Origin: Candidatus Magasanikiibacteriota bacterium
GTDB taxonomy: Bacteria > Patescibacteriota > Patescibacteriia > Magasanikbacterales > UBA922
Direction of reading: 5' to 3'
Length of the DNA stretch: 64,000 nucleotides
NCBI GenBank assembly: GCA_041674805.1
Contig: JBAYVA010000002.1
Coordinates: 184,294 to 248,293, forward strand
Notes under the pieces: generated by a model
The model's database searches: none
Seen by the model: only the letters and a program-made list of their open reading frames with translations
Told to the model about the DNA's origin: nothing
Shown here: one piece after another, positions 19,226-29,279 of the stretch
How positions within the stretch are numbered: position 1 is the first letter of the stretch
How the letters are laid out: the number at the start of each line of letters is the position of its first letter
Position numbers and translations under genes: made by a program

Positions 19226-19253
19226 ATAAAAACGACGTAATGTCGTTTTTTTG
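19226..19253. terminator. Bidirectional terminator.
   Basis: aaacgac-gtaat-gtcgtttttttg. Confidence 0.65.
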
Positions 19254-19259
19254 TTTGTA

Positions 19260-19601
19260 TTATTTTCTATTATAATCGTCTTCCAACCTCACAATATCAT
19301 TTTCATCAAATTCTCCAAAAGATATTTCCATGATTTCTAGTGTATCATTAGTTGTCATCATGCGATGTTTTGTTTCTTTTGGTATAGAATGTTCATCACC
19401 TTTTTTCACATCAATAGTCTCTTCACCAATAATGATTTGCCCATTTCCACTGACTACTCGCCAGAACTCATCACGCTTGTGATGATATTGTAGACTAAGT
19501 CGGGAGTTTGGTTTGACTGTAATTATTTTCACAGTCACTTGTTCATTGTGACAGAATTGTTCAAATTTGCCCCAAGGTCTTTCTTCGGAGTATTTGTCCA
19601 T
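19260..19601 (-). CDS. Cupin-domain protein (mannose-6-phosphate isomerase type II C-terminal-like).
   Basis: 'EERPWGKFEQF...VKIITVKPNSRLSLQYHHKRDEFWRVVSGNG'. The start is taken at MDKYSEERPWG, 1 nt after the HD gene's stop codon (19603..19605). Confidence 0.65.
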   Translation of the reverse strand: MDKYSEERPWGKFEQFCHNEQVTVKIITVKPNSRLSLQYHHKRDEFWRVVSGNGQIIIGEETIDVKKGDEHSIPKETKHRMMTTNDTLEIMEISFGEFDENDIVRLEDDYNRK

Positions 19602-19602
19602 A

Positions 19603-20214
19603 TTATCTATTTTTATTCGTATAAATATTCTCCCACCACTCAGATATTTTACCACTCATTATTTCTTCAGCTAATTTTTTGGCAGATGCCGTTTTGAGAC
19701 TTTTGTATTGGATGTTTTCAGTCTGACCTTCACCTTTACCATGAAGCCAGATTGGTGCTTCTTGGTTGCCTTGATGAGTATATTCTTTGAGTAGAAGTAT
19801 TTGATCTATCATGTCAGCATCTTTGGCGACTATGGCTTCTTTGCTTTCACGTTTTTCGAATTCTGTACTCATCTCAAATAAGTCTATGAAAGGTAATTCT
19901 CCAAGTTGATCTTTCATTATTTCTTCTTCAAAAATTTTGACATATTTTTTGTGAATATAGTTGTGGTCGCCACTTCTGATTTCACCCAAATCGTGAGTGA
20001 GTGCCATCATAGTTGTTTTATATGGGTCGACGTTTTCTAATTTGGCCAAGAACCAAGCGATCAGACCGACGCGGTAAGAGTGAGTAGTAATATTATCTGA
20101 CAAATCTTGAGTAAGCAATACTTGCTGATGCATGCGAGGAAGTTTGCGCATGGTGCCGACTTCGAATAAGAAGTTGGCGATTTTTTTGTAGGAGTTTGGG
20201 GAAGTGTTTTTCAT
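19603..20214 (-). CDS. HD-domain phosphohydrolase (YfbR-like 5'-deoxynucleotidase family).
   Basis: 'HSYRVGLIAWFLA', 'ALTHDLGEIRSGD' and 'AKDADMIDQILL' make up the H..HD..D motif set. Confidence 0.7.
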   Translation of the reverse strand: MKNTSPNSYKKIANFLFEVGTMRKLPRMHQQVLLTQDLSDNITTHSYRVGLIAWFLAKLENVDPYKTTMMALTHDLGEIRSGDHNYIHKKYVKIFEEEIMKDQLGELPFIDLFEMSTEFEKRESKEAIVAKDADMIDQILLLKEYTHQGNQEAPIWLHGKGEGQTENIQYKSLKTASAKKLAEEIMSGKISEWWENIYTNKNR

Positions 20215-20234
20215 ATTATATTTTATAAAATTTA

Positions 20235-21338
20235 TTATTTCATTTTGTCAGTGTACCAAACTATAACTGAGTGTTGTGTGTTTTGTTCATCGTCACAATC
20301 TTCTATAAGTAAGTCATATTTGTCTAGTGACGTTGTACTAATATGGAACATGTCATCTGAAGCAGGTATTATTTTCATTTTAAATGAAGTTAAATAATCA
20401 TAATTTATTTGTCCTGGTTCTTTGTATGTTATTTCTAAGTTAATTTTTTTCAATATATAGCATAGATTTGTTGGTGGTGGTAATTCACAATCTAATAAAA
20501 GATTATAACCTATTTCTATTCCTTGATTGGGACTTATGTAGTCTTCGTTTGAAAGTCTAGGCTTGATACTGCAAGGCCATCCATTTAATTTTGAAATAAA
20601 GTTAGCTGGTGTTTTGCCAGTATTTTTTATAGAAGCTTTTATAATTAGATAATCATTACCATTATTCATCATCACAACTCCGTTTCTTTCTTCAATATTT
20701 AAATATGGCCTGTCTAGTTTTTTTGCATTATAATATGTAAGTATAGAATAAAAACTAACTACCACTGTTAGTATACCTGTAATGGATATGCCAAAATTTT
20801 TTATTAATTTCCAATTAATAAAATGTTTTTTATTTTGCAATTTTTGTTGCATAATATTTTTATATTCAAAAGAAATTTTATTATATTCTTCCGTATCGTA
20901 AATACAAATACCTTCTTCGTGCCACAAAACAAATTCACTAATTCCAACATCCAACGCCATTTTACTACAGATTGTGCAATATGGTTGACCAGCAAAAGTT
21001 GGTTTTTCTTCTTTATCTAATCTAATAAAATATAGTCGTGAACCTAGAATCTTATTTGGATTATTTTTTAATGCATCTATTATAGCTCTTTGTTCAGCAT
21101 GTATACAACAAGTTTTGTCAGTAACTTTTTTATCATAACTTTCTTTGTCACAGTTACATCTTCTTTGATTTTCTAAATTTTTTGGAGGACTGTTAAAACC
21201 TGTAGCAATTATTTCATTATCTTTTACAATTATAGAACCACATTTGGATTTTTTGCAGGTTGAATTGAAGGCAATTTTAATTGCTTGATTCATGTAATCT
21301 TGTTCGTATTTTTCTTCAGTGTATTTTAGATGTTTCAT
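20235..21338 (-). CDS. Fusion protein: an N-terminal dCMP/cytidine-deaminase-like zinc domain, one TM helix, and a C-terminal domain of unknown function of about 170 aa.
   Basis: 'CCIHAEQRAI' (HAE) and 'PCTICSKMALDVGISEFV' (PCxxC) with an extra Cys cluster 'RRCNCDKESYDKKVTDKTCC', as in ComEB-type dCMP deaminases. The hydrophobic helix is 'FGISITGILTVVVSFYSILTYY'. Confidence 0.65.
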   Translation of the reverse strand: MKHLKYTEEKYEQDYMNQAIKIAFNSTCKKSKCGSIIVKDNEIIATGFNSPPKNLENQRRCNCDKESYDKKVTDKTCCIHAEQRAIIDALKNNPNKILGSRLYFIRLDKEEKPTFAGQPYCTICSKMALDVGISEFVLWHEEGICIYDTEEYNKISFEYKNIMQQKLQNKKHFINWKLIKNFGISITGILTVVVSFYSILTYYNAKKLDRPYLNIEERNGVVMMNNGNDYLIIKASIKNTGKTPANFISKLNGWPCSIKPRLSNEDYISPNQGIEIGYNLLLDCELPPPTNLCYILKKINLEITYKEPGQINYDYLTSFKMKIIPASDDMFHISTTSLDKYDLLIEDCDDEQNTQHSVIVWYTDKMK

Positions 21339-21498
21339 ATTTTTATAGTTATTTTAGTATATCATTTTACTCACAAAAAACAAGTTTGACACTGAATCTA
21401 ATAAAGTGTAAAATTAAGCACGGAGGAGAGGATTTTACCTCTTTTTTATTCTCAAATACAAGCCTGTCTTTTTTAAATTAAGTAATTTAAGTACTATT

Positions 21499-22554
21499 AT
21501 GGCTATCAAGAAAGAAAATCCAAAAATGGAAGCTGCTAATACAGCTATAGAACAAATTAGACAAAAATATGGTGACAACTCAATCATGCGTTTTGGGGAA
21601 GCTAAGACAATGGAAGTAGATGCTGTTTCAACTGGCTCTGTCTCTTTGGATATTGCTTTGGGAGTAGGTGGTGTACCACGTGGACGTATTATTGAAATCT
21701 TTGGACCGGAAGCTTCTGGTAAAACTACTTTAGCTCAACACATTATCGCAGAAGTTCAAAAACTTGGTGGTATTGCTGCTTTCATTGATGCTGAACATGC
21801 TCTTGATCCAGAATATGCCAAAAAAATTGGTGTTGATGTCAATGCTCTATATATCTCTCAACCAGACACAGGTGAACAAGCTTTAGAAATCTTAGAAACT
21901 CTTGTTCGTTCCAACGCTGTCGATGTTGTCGTTGTCGACTCTGTGGCAGCTCTTGTTCCTAAGGCTGAAATTGAAGGTGAAATGGGGGATAGCCATATGG
22001 GTCTTCAAGCTAGACTGATGTCTCAAGCTTTACGTAAATTGACAGGTATTGTGAGTAAGACTAGAACTGTAGTTGTTTTCATTAACCAAACAAGACAAAA
22101 GATTGGAGTATTTTTTGGCAATCCAGAAACTACTACTGGTGGAAACGCTTTAAAATTTTATTCTTCAATTCGTGTAGAAGTTCGTCGTAGTGCTCAAATC
22201 AAACAAGGTGATAAAATCATCGGCAACAGAGTGAAAGCTAAAATTGTGAAGAACAAAGTAGCTGCACCTTTTCGTACAACTGAATTCGATATCATGTACA
22301 ACGAAGGTATTTCAGTTTCTGGTGATATGTTGGATACGGGTGTAATTTACAAAGTTTTACATAAATCTGGTAATAGTTATAGTTTTGGTGAAGAAAAATT
22401 GGGTGTAGGTAGAGAAAAGGCTAAACAATTTTTACGTGAAAATCCAAAGATGATGGCTGAAATAAAAGCCAAAGTTTGGGAAGCGGTAAAATTGGGAGAA
22501 TCTCCAGAAGAAGTAAAAGCTGAAGCTGGTGAAAAAGAGAGTGTAGAAGAATAA
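21499..22554 (+). CDS. recA: Recombinase RecA.
   Basis: Walker A 'GPEASGKTT', '[14 protein letters not shown]' and the L1/L2 loop regions. Confidence 0.95.
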   Translation: MAIKKENPKMEAANTAIEQIRQKYGDNSIMRFGEAKTMEVDAVSTGSVSLDIALGVGGVPRGRIIEIFGPEASGKTTLAQHIIAEVQKLGGIAAFIDAEHALDPEYAKKIGVDVNALYISQPDTGEQALEILETLVRSNAVDVVVVDSVAALVPKAEIEGEMGDSHMGLQARLMSQALRKLTGIVSKTRTVVVFINQTRQKIGVFFGNPETTTGGNALKFYSSIRVEVRRSAQIKQGDKIIGNRVKAKIVKNKVAAPFRTTEFDIMYNEGISVSGDMLDTGVIYKVLHKSGNSYSFGEEKLGVGREKAKQFLRENPKMMAEIKAKVWEAVKLGESPEEVKAEAGEKESVEE

Positions 22555-22592
22555 ATTTTTTCATTAAAACATGAAAACATAAAAACATTAAA

Positions 22593-22622
22593 ACAATCCC
22601 GATAAAATTGGGATTGTTTTTT
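22593..22622 (+). terminator. Rho-independent terminator after recA.
   Basis: caatccc-gataaaatt-gggattgtttttt. Confidence 0.7.
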
Positions 22623-22693
22623 GTTTGATAATTTTTTAACCACATAGACTTTTGACTTTATAAACTTGTAGACTTTATGAACTTCTAAAAACG

Positions 22694-22702
22694 TGATATA
22701 AT
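22694..22702 (+). promoter_or_regulatory. Extended -10 promoter element (TGaTATAAT) upstream of ftsK.
   Basis: tgatataat lies 16 nt before the ftsK ATG. Confidence 0.4.
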
Positions 22703-22717
22703 ATATTCACAAATATT

Positions 22718-25210
22718 ATGTCACAAAATAAAAAGAAAAAACATTCACGTCTTGACCCTACATTATCTCGCGGCATTATTGCCGTGCTTTTGACTGTGTT
22801 TGCTATTATTATCTCTCTAAGTTTTTTTGAAAAAGCCGGATTTGTAGGTGTGATGCTCAATGATTATCTTTTGAGCTTTCTTTTTGGTTCTATTAGGTAT
22901 TTTACACCTTTAGTTATTATTATTTTGTCATGGTTTTTGGTACGTGATTCCAAATATAACTATCGTCCAACACATCTAATAGGTTCTTTGATTTTCTTTT
23001 TGTCATTGTCTAGTATCATGCATCTTAGTTTCGCTACGACAGATATGTGGCATGAAGCTTTGCGTGGCAATGGTGGTGGTGTGTTTGGTATGTTGGCTTG
23101 GCCAATGAAACAATATTTAGGAAATATTGCTAGTTATGTTATTTTGGCTGGTGTAGTTCTTATTTCCGTTTTTCTTCTTTTCAATACTGCAATTACTTCT
23201 TTTATTTTGATTCATAAGAAAATTTTTGAAGGTTTGGGTTGGATAGGTAAGGGGATTATTTTCCTTATCAAAAAATTGTTTGTGTCCACGCCTCGCAATT
23301 CTAGTAATGTCAAGATAAAAGGTGATTATGATGAAGATTTTGATGATGAAGAAGTGGAAATAGAAGATGAAAAACATAGTCGCAGATTTTTGAGTAAACG
23401 TATCCAAAAACAAGAAGAATCTGATGACGAAGATGTTCAAACAGTTGAAAAAGAAGTACCAAAATTCAAAGAAAAAGTAGAAGAAAAGCCAAACGATGTT
23501 TGGTCAAAAAGAGTTATTATCAAAAATTTGCCTCCGTTGGATTTGCTTACTACCAAAAAAGGTAAACCAACTAGTGGTGATATCAAATCAAATGCGGAAA
23601 TAATCCGTAGTACTCTTAGTGAGTTTCATGTAGGTGTGACTATGGGAGAAGTACGTGTTGGTCCTACTGTGACTCAGTATTCTCTGAAACCTGAAAAAGG
23701 TGTCAAACTAACTAGAATTACTACGTTGTCCAATGATTTGTCACTTGCTTTGTCTGCTCATCCAATACGTATTGAGGCACCTATTCCTGGTCAATCTTTG
23801 GTGGGTATTGAGGTACCAAATCAAAAATCAGCAATAGTATCTTTTCGTGAACTTTTGGAATCAAAAGAATTTGAAACACGCAAACACAATATGATGATTG
23901 CTCTTGGCAAAGATGTCGGTGGTAAAACTTGGTTTGCTGATTTACCAAAAATGCCACACATGCTTATTGCCGGTGCCACAGGTAGTGGTAAGACTGTTTG
24001 TATGAATACTATTATCATGAGTTTGCTGTACCAAAATACAGCAGAGACTTTGCGTATGATTATGGTCGATCCAAAAAGAGTAGAGCTCACTCTTTACAAT
24101 GGTATTCCTCATTTGCTCACACCTGTTATTACTAATACTCAACAAACAGTCAATGCTTTGAAATGGTGTATTGGTGAGATGGATAGACGTTTTGAAACTT
24201 TGGCTAAAGCTGGCAACAGAGATATTAGTTCTTACAACGAAACATTTCAAGCCAACAAAATGCCACATATTATTTTTATTATAGATGAATTGGCTGACTT
24301 GATGGCGACAGCTGCGGGTGAAGTGGAAGCTGGTATTATTCGTCTCGCACAAATGGCTCGTGCGGTAGGTATTCATCTTATCGTCGCTACCCAAAGACCA
24401 AGTGTCGATGTCATTACTGGTCTTATGAAAGCCAATATTCCAGCTCGTGTGGCCTTTTCAGTAGCTTCTTTGGTAGATTCTCGTACTATCTTGGATTCAT
24501 CTGGCGCAGAAAAACTTATCGGTCGTGGTGACATGTTGTTTCAAACAGCTGAATTGGGTAAACCAGTACGTATTCAAGGTGCTTATATTTCAGAAAATGA
24601 ATTGAAAAATGTTGTAAAATACTTGAAAGGTGATGAAGAACCAGAATATGATACTTCTATTGTGGAAATACGAAAAAATGGTGGTAATGGTACTATGAAT
24701 ATGTTTGGTGGTACTGCTGACGATCAGGATCCTTTGTTTGAAGAGTGTAAAGAACTTATTATTAAATATGAAAAAGCCAGTGCTTCATTTCTTCAACGTC
24801 GTCTCAAAATTGGTTATGCTCGTGCAGCTAGAATTCTTGATGAATTGGAAGAAGCGGGTATTGTAGGTCCTTCTCAAGGTGCTAAGCCTCGTGAGATTTT
24901 GGCAACCTCTGCTAGTATTGGTCGTACGATGAACTCAGGTGCTGAACATAATGTATTTACTTCTCCTCAAAAAGCAGAAAATCTTGATGAAGATTTGGCT
25001 CTAGATGATAATGAGGATTCTTTACTTGATGAAACACAGGATATGCTAGAAGAAGACATCCCAGAAGTAAAAGATCATTATGAGAATATTGATATAGATG
25101 CCGAGGCTGAAGATGAAAATTCTGAAGAGGAAGAATATGACGCAGATAGTGTGGAAGAAGAGATAGACGATGATCATACTCATAATTCAAGATCTAAGTT
25201 TGAGTATTAA
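22718..25210 (+). CDS. ftsK: DNA translocase FtsK/SpoIIIE.
   Basis: N-terminal TM helices, Walker A 'GATGSGKT', 'LIVATQRPSVDVITG' and a C-terminal winged-helix gamma-like domain 'IGYARAARILDELEE'. Confidence 0.9.
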   Translation: MSQNKKKKHSRLDPTLSRGIIAVLLTVFAIIISLSFFEKAGFVGVMLNDYLLSFLFGSIRYFTPLVIIILSWFLVRDSKYNYRPTHLIGSLIFFLSLSSIMHLSFATTDMWHEALRGNGGGVFGMLAWPMKQYLGNIASYVILAGVVLISVFLLFNTAITSFILIHKKIFEGLGWIGKGIIFLIKKLFVSTPRNSSNVKIKGDYDEDFDDEEVEIEDEKHSRRFLSKRIQKQEESDDEDVQTVEKEVPKFKEKVEEKPNDVWSKRVIIKNLPPLDLLTTKKGKPTSGDIKSNAEIIRSTLSEFHVGVTMGEVRVGPTVTQYSLKPEKGVKLTRITTLSNDLSLALSAHPIRIEAPIPGQSLVGIEVPNQKSAIVSFRELLESKEFETRKHNMMIALGKDVGGKTWFADLPKMPHMLIAGATGSGKTVCMNTIIMSLLYQNTAETLRMIMVDPKRVELTLYNGIPHLLTPVITNTQQTVNALKWCIGEMDRRFETLAKAGNRDISSYNETFQANKMPHIIFIIDELADLMATAAGEVEAGIIRLAQMARAVGIHLIVATQRPSVDVITGLMKANIPARVAFSVASLVDSRTILDSSGAEKLIGRGDMLFQTAELGKPVRIQGAYISENELKNVVKYLKGDEEPEYDTSIVEIRKNGGNGTMNMFGGTADDQDPLFEECKELIIKYEKASASFLQRRLKIGYARAARILDELEEAGIVGPSQGAKPREILATSASIGRTMNSGAEHNVFTSPQKAENLDEDLALDDNEDSLLDETQDMLEEDIPEVKDHYENIDIDAEAEDENSEEEEYDADSVEEEIDDDHTHNSRSKFEY

Positions 25211-25780
25211 GATTGTTAAGATAGCTTTAATCTAGTTTTGATTTATTAGCTTTTGTGGATAAACCTGTGGCTAAAAATTATACTAGCTTAGTATACAATT
25301 TACTAATTGGCTTATTTAAGCCAATTTTGTGTTTATTTGACAAAAAGTTATCCACGTGTTCTCAATTTGACAAAAAGCATTTTTAAGTGTATTCTATAGA
25401 AGCTATCAGAAACTTCTTGAATTTGCGCAAAATTCGCTAGATTTAGCCCAAATTCTGGTATTATCGCCCCTATATTAGCGTCCAAGCAGGGGACGGACTA
25501 TCCGGATCAACATGGCTCAAGCATTCTGTCACAAATAATTGAACAGAGAATCCTTTTTTAAAAGAGGAGTTTTTTTGTTGTCGGAAATAGGATAAAAATA
25601 ACTTTTGTTAGCTGATAAATATAATCAAAATTTGATTGTAAAAATTAGTTAATAAACAAGTTATTTATTACATAAACAGGTTTAAAATTTCTGACAGAAT
25701 CAGAAATAAGTTTCTTTCTTTAATCGCGCAAATTAAAGTAAAAAACGCCTCTTTTTGTAGTTTTCATAAATAAAATATTT

Positions 25781-28700
25781 ATGGCTCCATTGTACAAACG
25801 TCAAGCATTAAAGACTAAAGAACGTCAGTTCTTTACTCCAATTCGCGATGCTATTTCAGCACCGGATTTGATAGAGATTCAAAAATCTTCATATCACTGG
25901 TTTTTTGAAGAAGGTTTACGTGAACTTTTTGATGAATTATCTCCTATCACTGATTTTACAGGTCGTGATTTAGAAATTTATTTTGAAGATTATTATATTG
26001 ATGAACCAAAATTTGACCAAGTAACTTGTGTTAAGAAAAATATTACTTTTGAATCACCTTTGCGTGTAAATGTTCGTCTTGTCAACAAACGTGCTAACAA
26101 AACAGAAAAACAAGAAATATATTTAGGTGATATACCTCTTATGACTGACAGGGGTACTTTTATTGTCAACGGTATTGAGAGAGTTGTAGTCAATCAGCTT
26201 ATTCGTAGTGCTGGTGCTTTCTTTACTGCTGAATCAGTAAGAGGTCGTCGTTTTTATGGTGCTAAAATCATTCCAAATCGTGGAGCTTGGATTGAAATCG
26301 AAACAGACCAAAACAATGTCCTTTGGATTAAAGTAGATAGAAAACGTAAAGTCGCAGCTACTTCACTTTTGCGCGCTTTTGGTTTTTCAACTGATGAACA
26401 AATAAAAGAATTGTTTAAAGATGTAAACAATCATCCAAATATTGATTATATTGAAAATACTTTGAAAAAAGATGCTGCTTCAAATGAAGATGAAGGTTTA
26501 ATCGAAGTTTACAAACGTATTCGTCCAGGTGATTTGGCAACATCTGAAAATGCCAAAAGTTTGATTCATGCCATGTTCTTCAATTTTGATCGTTATGATT
26601 TGGGCAAAGTTGGTGTCTATAAATTTGGTATCAAATTTAATTTAGGCTTACAAAAAGAAGATTACGATAATAAAGATGAACGCGTGCTTTCTCCAGAAAA
26701 ACTTTTATTAGTATTAAAAGAAATTATTCGTTTGAATGTTACTCAAGAAGAAGCTGATGATATCGATCATTTGGGAAATCGTCGTGTGCGTGGTGTTGGT
26801 GAACTTGTACAAAATCGTTTTAGAATCGGTCTTGCTCGTATGGAACGTATTATTCGTGATCGTATGAGTACTATGGACATTGATACTTTGGTACCAAACA
26901 AACTTATCAATGCTCGTCCAGTAATTTCTGTGATTCGTGAATTTTTTATGAGTTCACAGTTGTCACAGTTCATGGATCAAATCAATCCATTGGCTGAACT
27001 TGAACACAAACGTCGTATTTCTGCTCTTGGACCTGGTGGTTTGTCTCGTGATAGAGCTGGCTTTGAAGTTCGTGATGTACATAGAACTCATTATGGACGT
27101 ATTTGTCCAATTGCTACTCCAGAAGGACCAAACATTGGTTTAGTTGGTCACTTATCAACTTTTGCTAAAATAAATAAATTTGGTTTCTTGGAAACTCCTT
27201 ATAGAAAAGTAATTAATCTTGTCAAAAATGAAGCTGCTTTGACTACTGGTGAAATTTCTGGAATTGATGTAAAAGGTATTGTCAAAGTTGGTGAGAAAAT
27301 TACTGCTGAAATTGCTAAAAAATTAGAAAAAGAAAAAACTATTTCAGAAATACAAGTAAAACCTCATGTGTCTAGTGAAGTAGTTTATTTGAATTCTTTT
27401 CAAGAAGAAAGAACTATCACAGCTAGTGCAACAACACCAGTAGATAAAGATGATTATTTTATTGAAGAAAGAATTTCTGCTCGTGTAAATGGTGAACCTC
27501 AAGTTATTGAAGCTGAAAAAGTTTCATATATTGATGTTGCTTCAAATCAAATTTTGTCAGTAGCAACTAGTCTTATTCCATTTTTGGAACATGATGATGC
27601 GACTCGTGCTTTGATGGGTACAAACATGCAACGTCAAGCTGTACCTTGTATCAAACCAGAACCTCCTTTGGTAGGAACAGGTGTTGAAAGAATTGCTGCT
27701 CTAAATAGTGGTTATGTGATGACAGCTCCTGCAAATGGTGAAGTTACTTTTGTCGATGGTGGTAAAATTGAATTTACTGATGCTAAAGGTAAAGTAACTA
27801 CTTACAATTTGTCAAAATATATTAGATCAAATGCTTCAAGTAGTATCAACCAACGTCCTATTGTTACTCTTGGTCAAAAATTGAAAAAAGGTGATCCAAT
27901 GACAGATGGTCCTTCTATCAAAGATGCTGAATTATCTTTGGGACAAAATGTTTTGGTAGCTTATATGGTTTGGGAAGGTTTCAACTATGAAGATGCTATT
28001 ATCGTTTCTGAAAGATTGGTCAAAGATGATAGATATACTTCTATTCATATTGAAGATTATACAATTAGTGTTCGTGAAACAAAATTGGGTGATGAAGTTA
28101 TTACTTCTGATATCCCAAATGTTAGTGAAGAAAAACTTCGTCATCTTGATTCAGAAGGTATTGTCCGTATTGGTGCAGAAGTTCGTTCAGGTGATATTTT
28201 AGTAGGTAAAATTACTCCAAAAGGTGAAACAGAACTTACTCCAGAAGAAAGATTGCTTCGTGCAATTTTCGGTGAAAAAGCTCGTGATGTACGTGATTCT
28301 TCATTGTATCTAGAACATGGTGAACAAGGAAAAGTAATTGATGTCAAAGTATTTTCTACAGAAAATGGTGACAAGTTACAACCGGGTGTTATCAAAGAAG
28401 TACAAGTTACAGTAGCTGACATGAGAAAAATTCAAGTTGGTGACAAAATGGCTGGTCGTCATGGTAACAAAGGTGTTATTTCTCGTGTAGTTCCTGCTTC
28501 AGATATGCCATTCCTAGAAGATGGTACTCCGGTAGATATTATTTTATCTCCACTTGGTGTTGTTTCTCGTATGAACTTGGGACAACTTCTTGAAACTCAT
28601 CTTGGTTTGGCTGCTAATGCTCTTGGTTATAAAGCTGCTACTCCAGTATTAAATGGTATTACTGAAGAACAAATTGAAGAAGAACTTATCAAAGCAGGTT

Positions 28701-29239
28701 TTCCAACAGATGGTCAACTACAACTTTATGATGGACGTACTGGTGAACCTTATGATAATAAGACAACCGTTGGTTACAACTATATGTTGAAATTGAATCA
28801 TATGGTGGAAGATAAAATCCATCAACGTTCAATTGGTCCATACAGTCTTATCACTCAACAACCTTTGGGAGGTAAAGCACAATTCGGTGGTCAACGTTTC
28901 GGAGAAATGGAAGTTTGGGCATTGCAAGCTTATGGTGCTGCTTATAATTTACAAGAAATTTTGACTATCAAGTCTGATGATGTTCCTGGTAGATCAAAAG
29001 CTTATGAAGCTATTATCAAGGGTGAAGCTATTACCAAAGTAAATTTACCAGAATCTTTCAACGTTTTGATACGTGAAATGAAAGGTTTGTGTCTTGATGT
29101 AGAGCTACTTAAGAAAAATGAAAATGATGAATATATAGAAATTGAAGAAGATTCTAGAGTAGACAAAGATAGAAAATTTATAGATATAAATTCGGATATG
29201 ATTGGTAGATCTGTAGATAAAAATGATAGTAATGAATAA
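25781..29239 (+). CDS. rpoB: DNA-directed RNA polymerase subunit beta.
   Basis: 'GDKMAGRHGNKGV', 'NMQRQAVP' and 'LGGQRFGEMEVWAL'. Confidence 0.97.
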   Translation: MAPLYKRQALKTKERQFFTPIRDAISAPDLIEIQKSSYHWFFEEGLRELFDELSPITDFTGRDLEIYFEDYYIDEPKFDQVTCVKKNITFESPLRVNVRLVNKRANKTEKQEIYLGDIPLMTDRGTFIVNGIERVVVNQLIRSAGAFFTAESVRGRRFYGAKIIPNRGAWIEIETDQNNVLWIKVDRKRKVAATSLLRAFGFSTDEQIKELFKDVNNHPNIDYIENTLKKDAASNEDEGLIEVYKRIRPGDLATSENAKSLIHAMFFNFDRYDLGKVGVYKFGIKFNLGLQKEDYDNKDERVLSPEKLLLVLKEIIRLNVTQEEADDIDHLGNRRVRGVGELVQNRFRIGLARMERIIRDRMSTMDIDTLVPNKLINARPVISVIREFFMSSQLSQFMDQINPLAELEHKRRISALGPGGLSRDRAGFEVRDVHRTHYGRICPIATPEGPNIGLVGHLSTFAKINKFGFLETPYRKVINLVKNEAALTTGEISGIDVKGIVKVGEKITAEIAKKLEKEKTISEIQVKPHVSSEVVYLNSFQEERTITASATTPVDKDDYFIEERISARVNGEPQVIEAEKVSYIDVASNQILSVATSLIPFLEHDDATRALMGTNMQRQAVPCIKPEPPLVGTGVERIAALNSGYVMTAPANGEVTFVDGGKIEFTDAKGKVTTYNLSKYIRSNASSSINQRPIVTLGQKLKKGDPMTDGPSIKDAELSLGQNVLVAYMVWEGFNYEDAIIVSERLVKDDRYTSIHIEDYTISVRETKLGDEVITSDIPNVSEEKLRHLDSEGIVRIGAEVRSGDILVGKITPKGETELTPEERLLRAIFGEKARDVRDSSLYLEHGEQGKVIDVKVFSTENGDKLQPGVIKEVQVTVADMRKIQVGDKMAGRHGNKGVISRVVPASDMPFLEDGTPVDIILSPLGVVSRMNLGQLLETHLGLAANALGYKAATPVLNGITEEQIEEELIKAGFPTDGQLQLYDGRTGEPYDNKTTVGYNYMLKLNHMVEDKIHQRSIGPYSLITQQPLGGKAQFGGQRFGEMEVWALQAYGAAYNLQEILTIKSDDVPGRSKAYEAIIKGEAITKVNLPESFNVLIREMKGLCLDVELLKKNENDEYIEIEEDSRVDKDRKFIDINSDMIGRSVDKNDSNE

Positions 29240-29279
29240 AATAATCTAACTAAAATAATCTAACTTCTTAAAAAAAATT

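Noticed and set aside
22718-25210. The acidic C-terminal tail of FtsK (DEDLALDDNEDSLLDETQDMLEEDIPE...EEEYDADSVEEEIDDDH) as a separate fused domain or frameshift.
   Set aside because: It is continuous in frame after the gamma-like winged-helix domain, and low-complexity acidic tails are common. There is no evidence of a frameshift.
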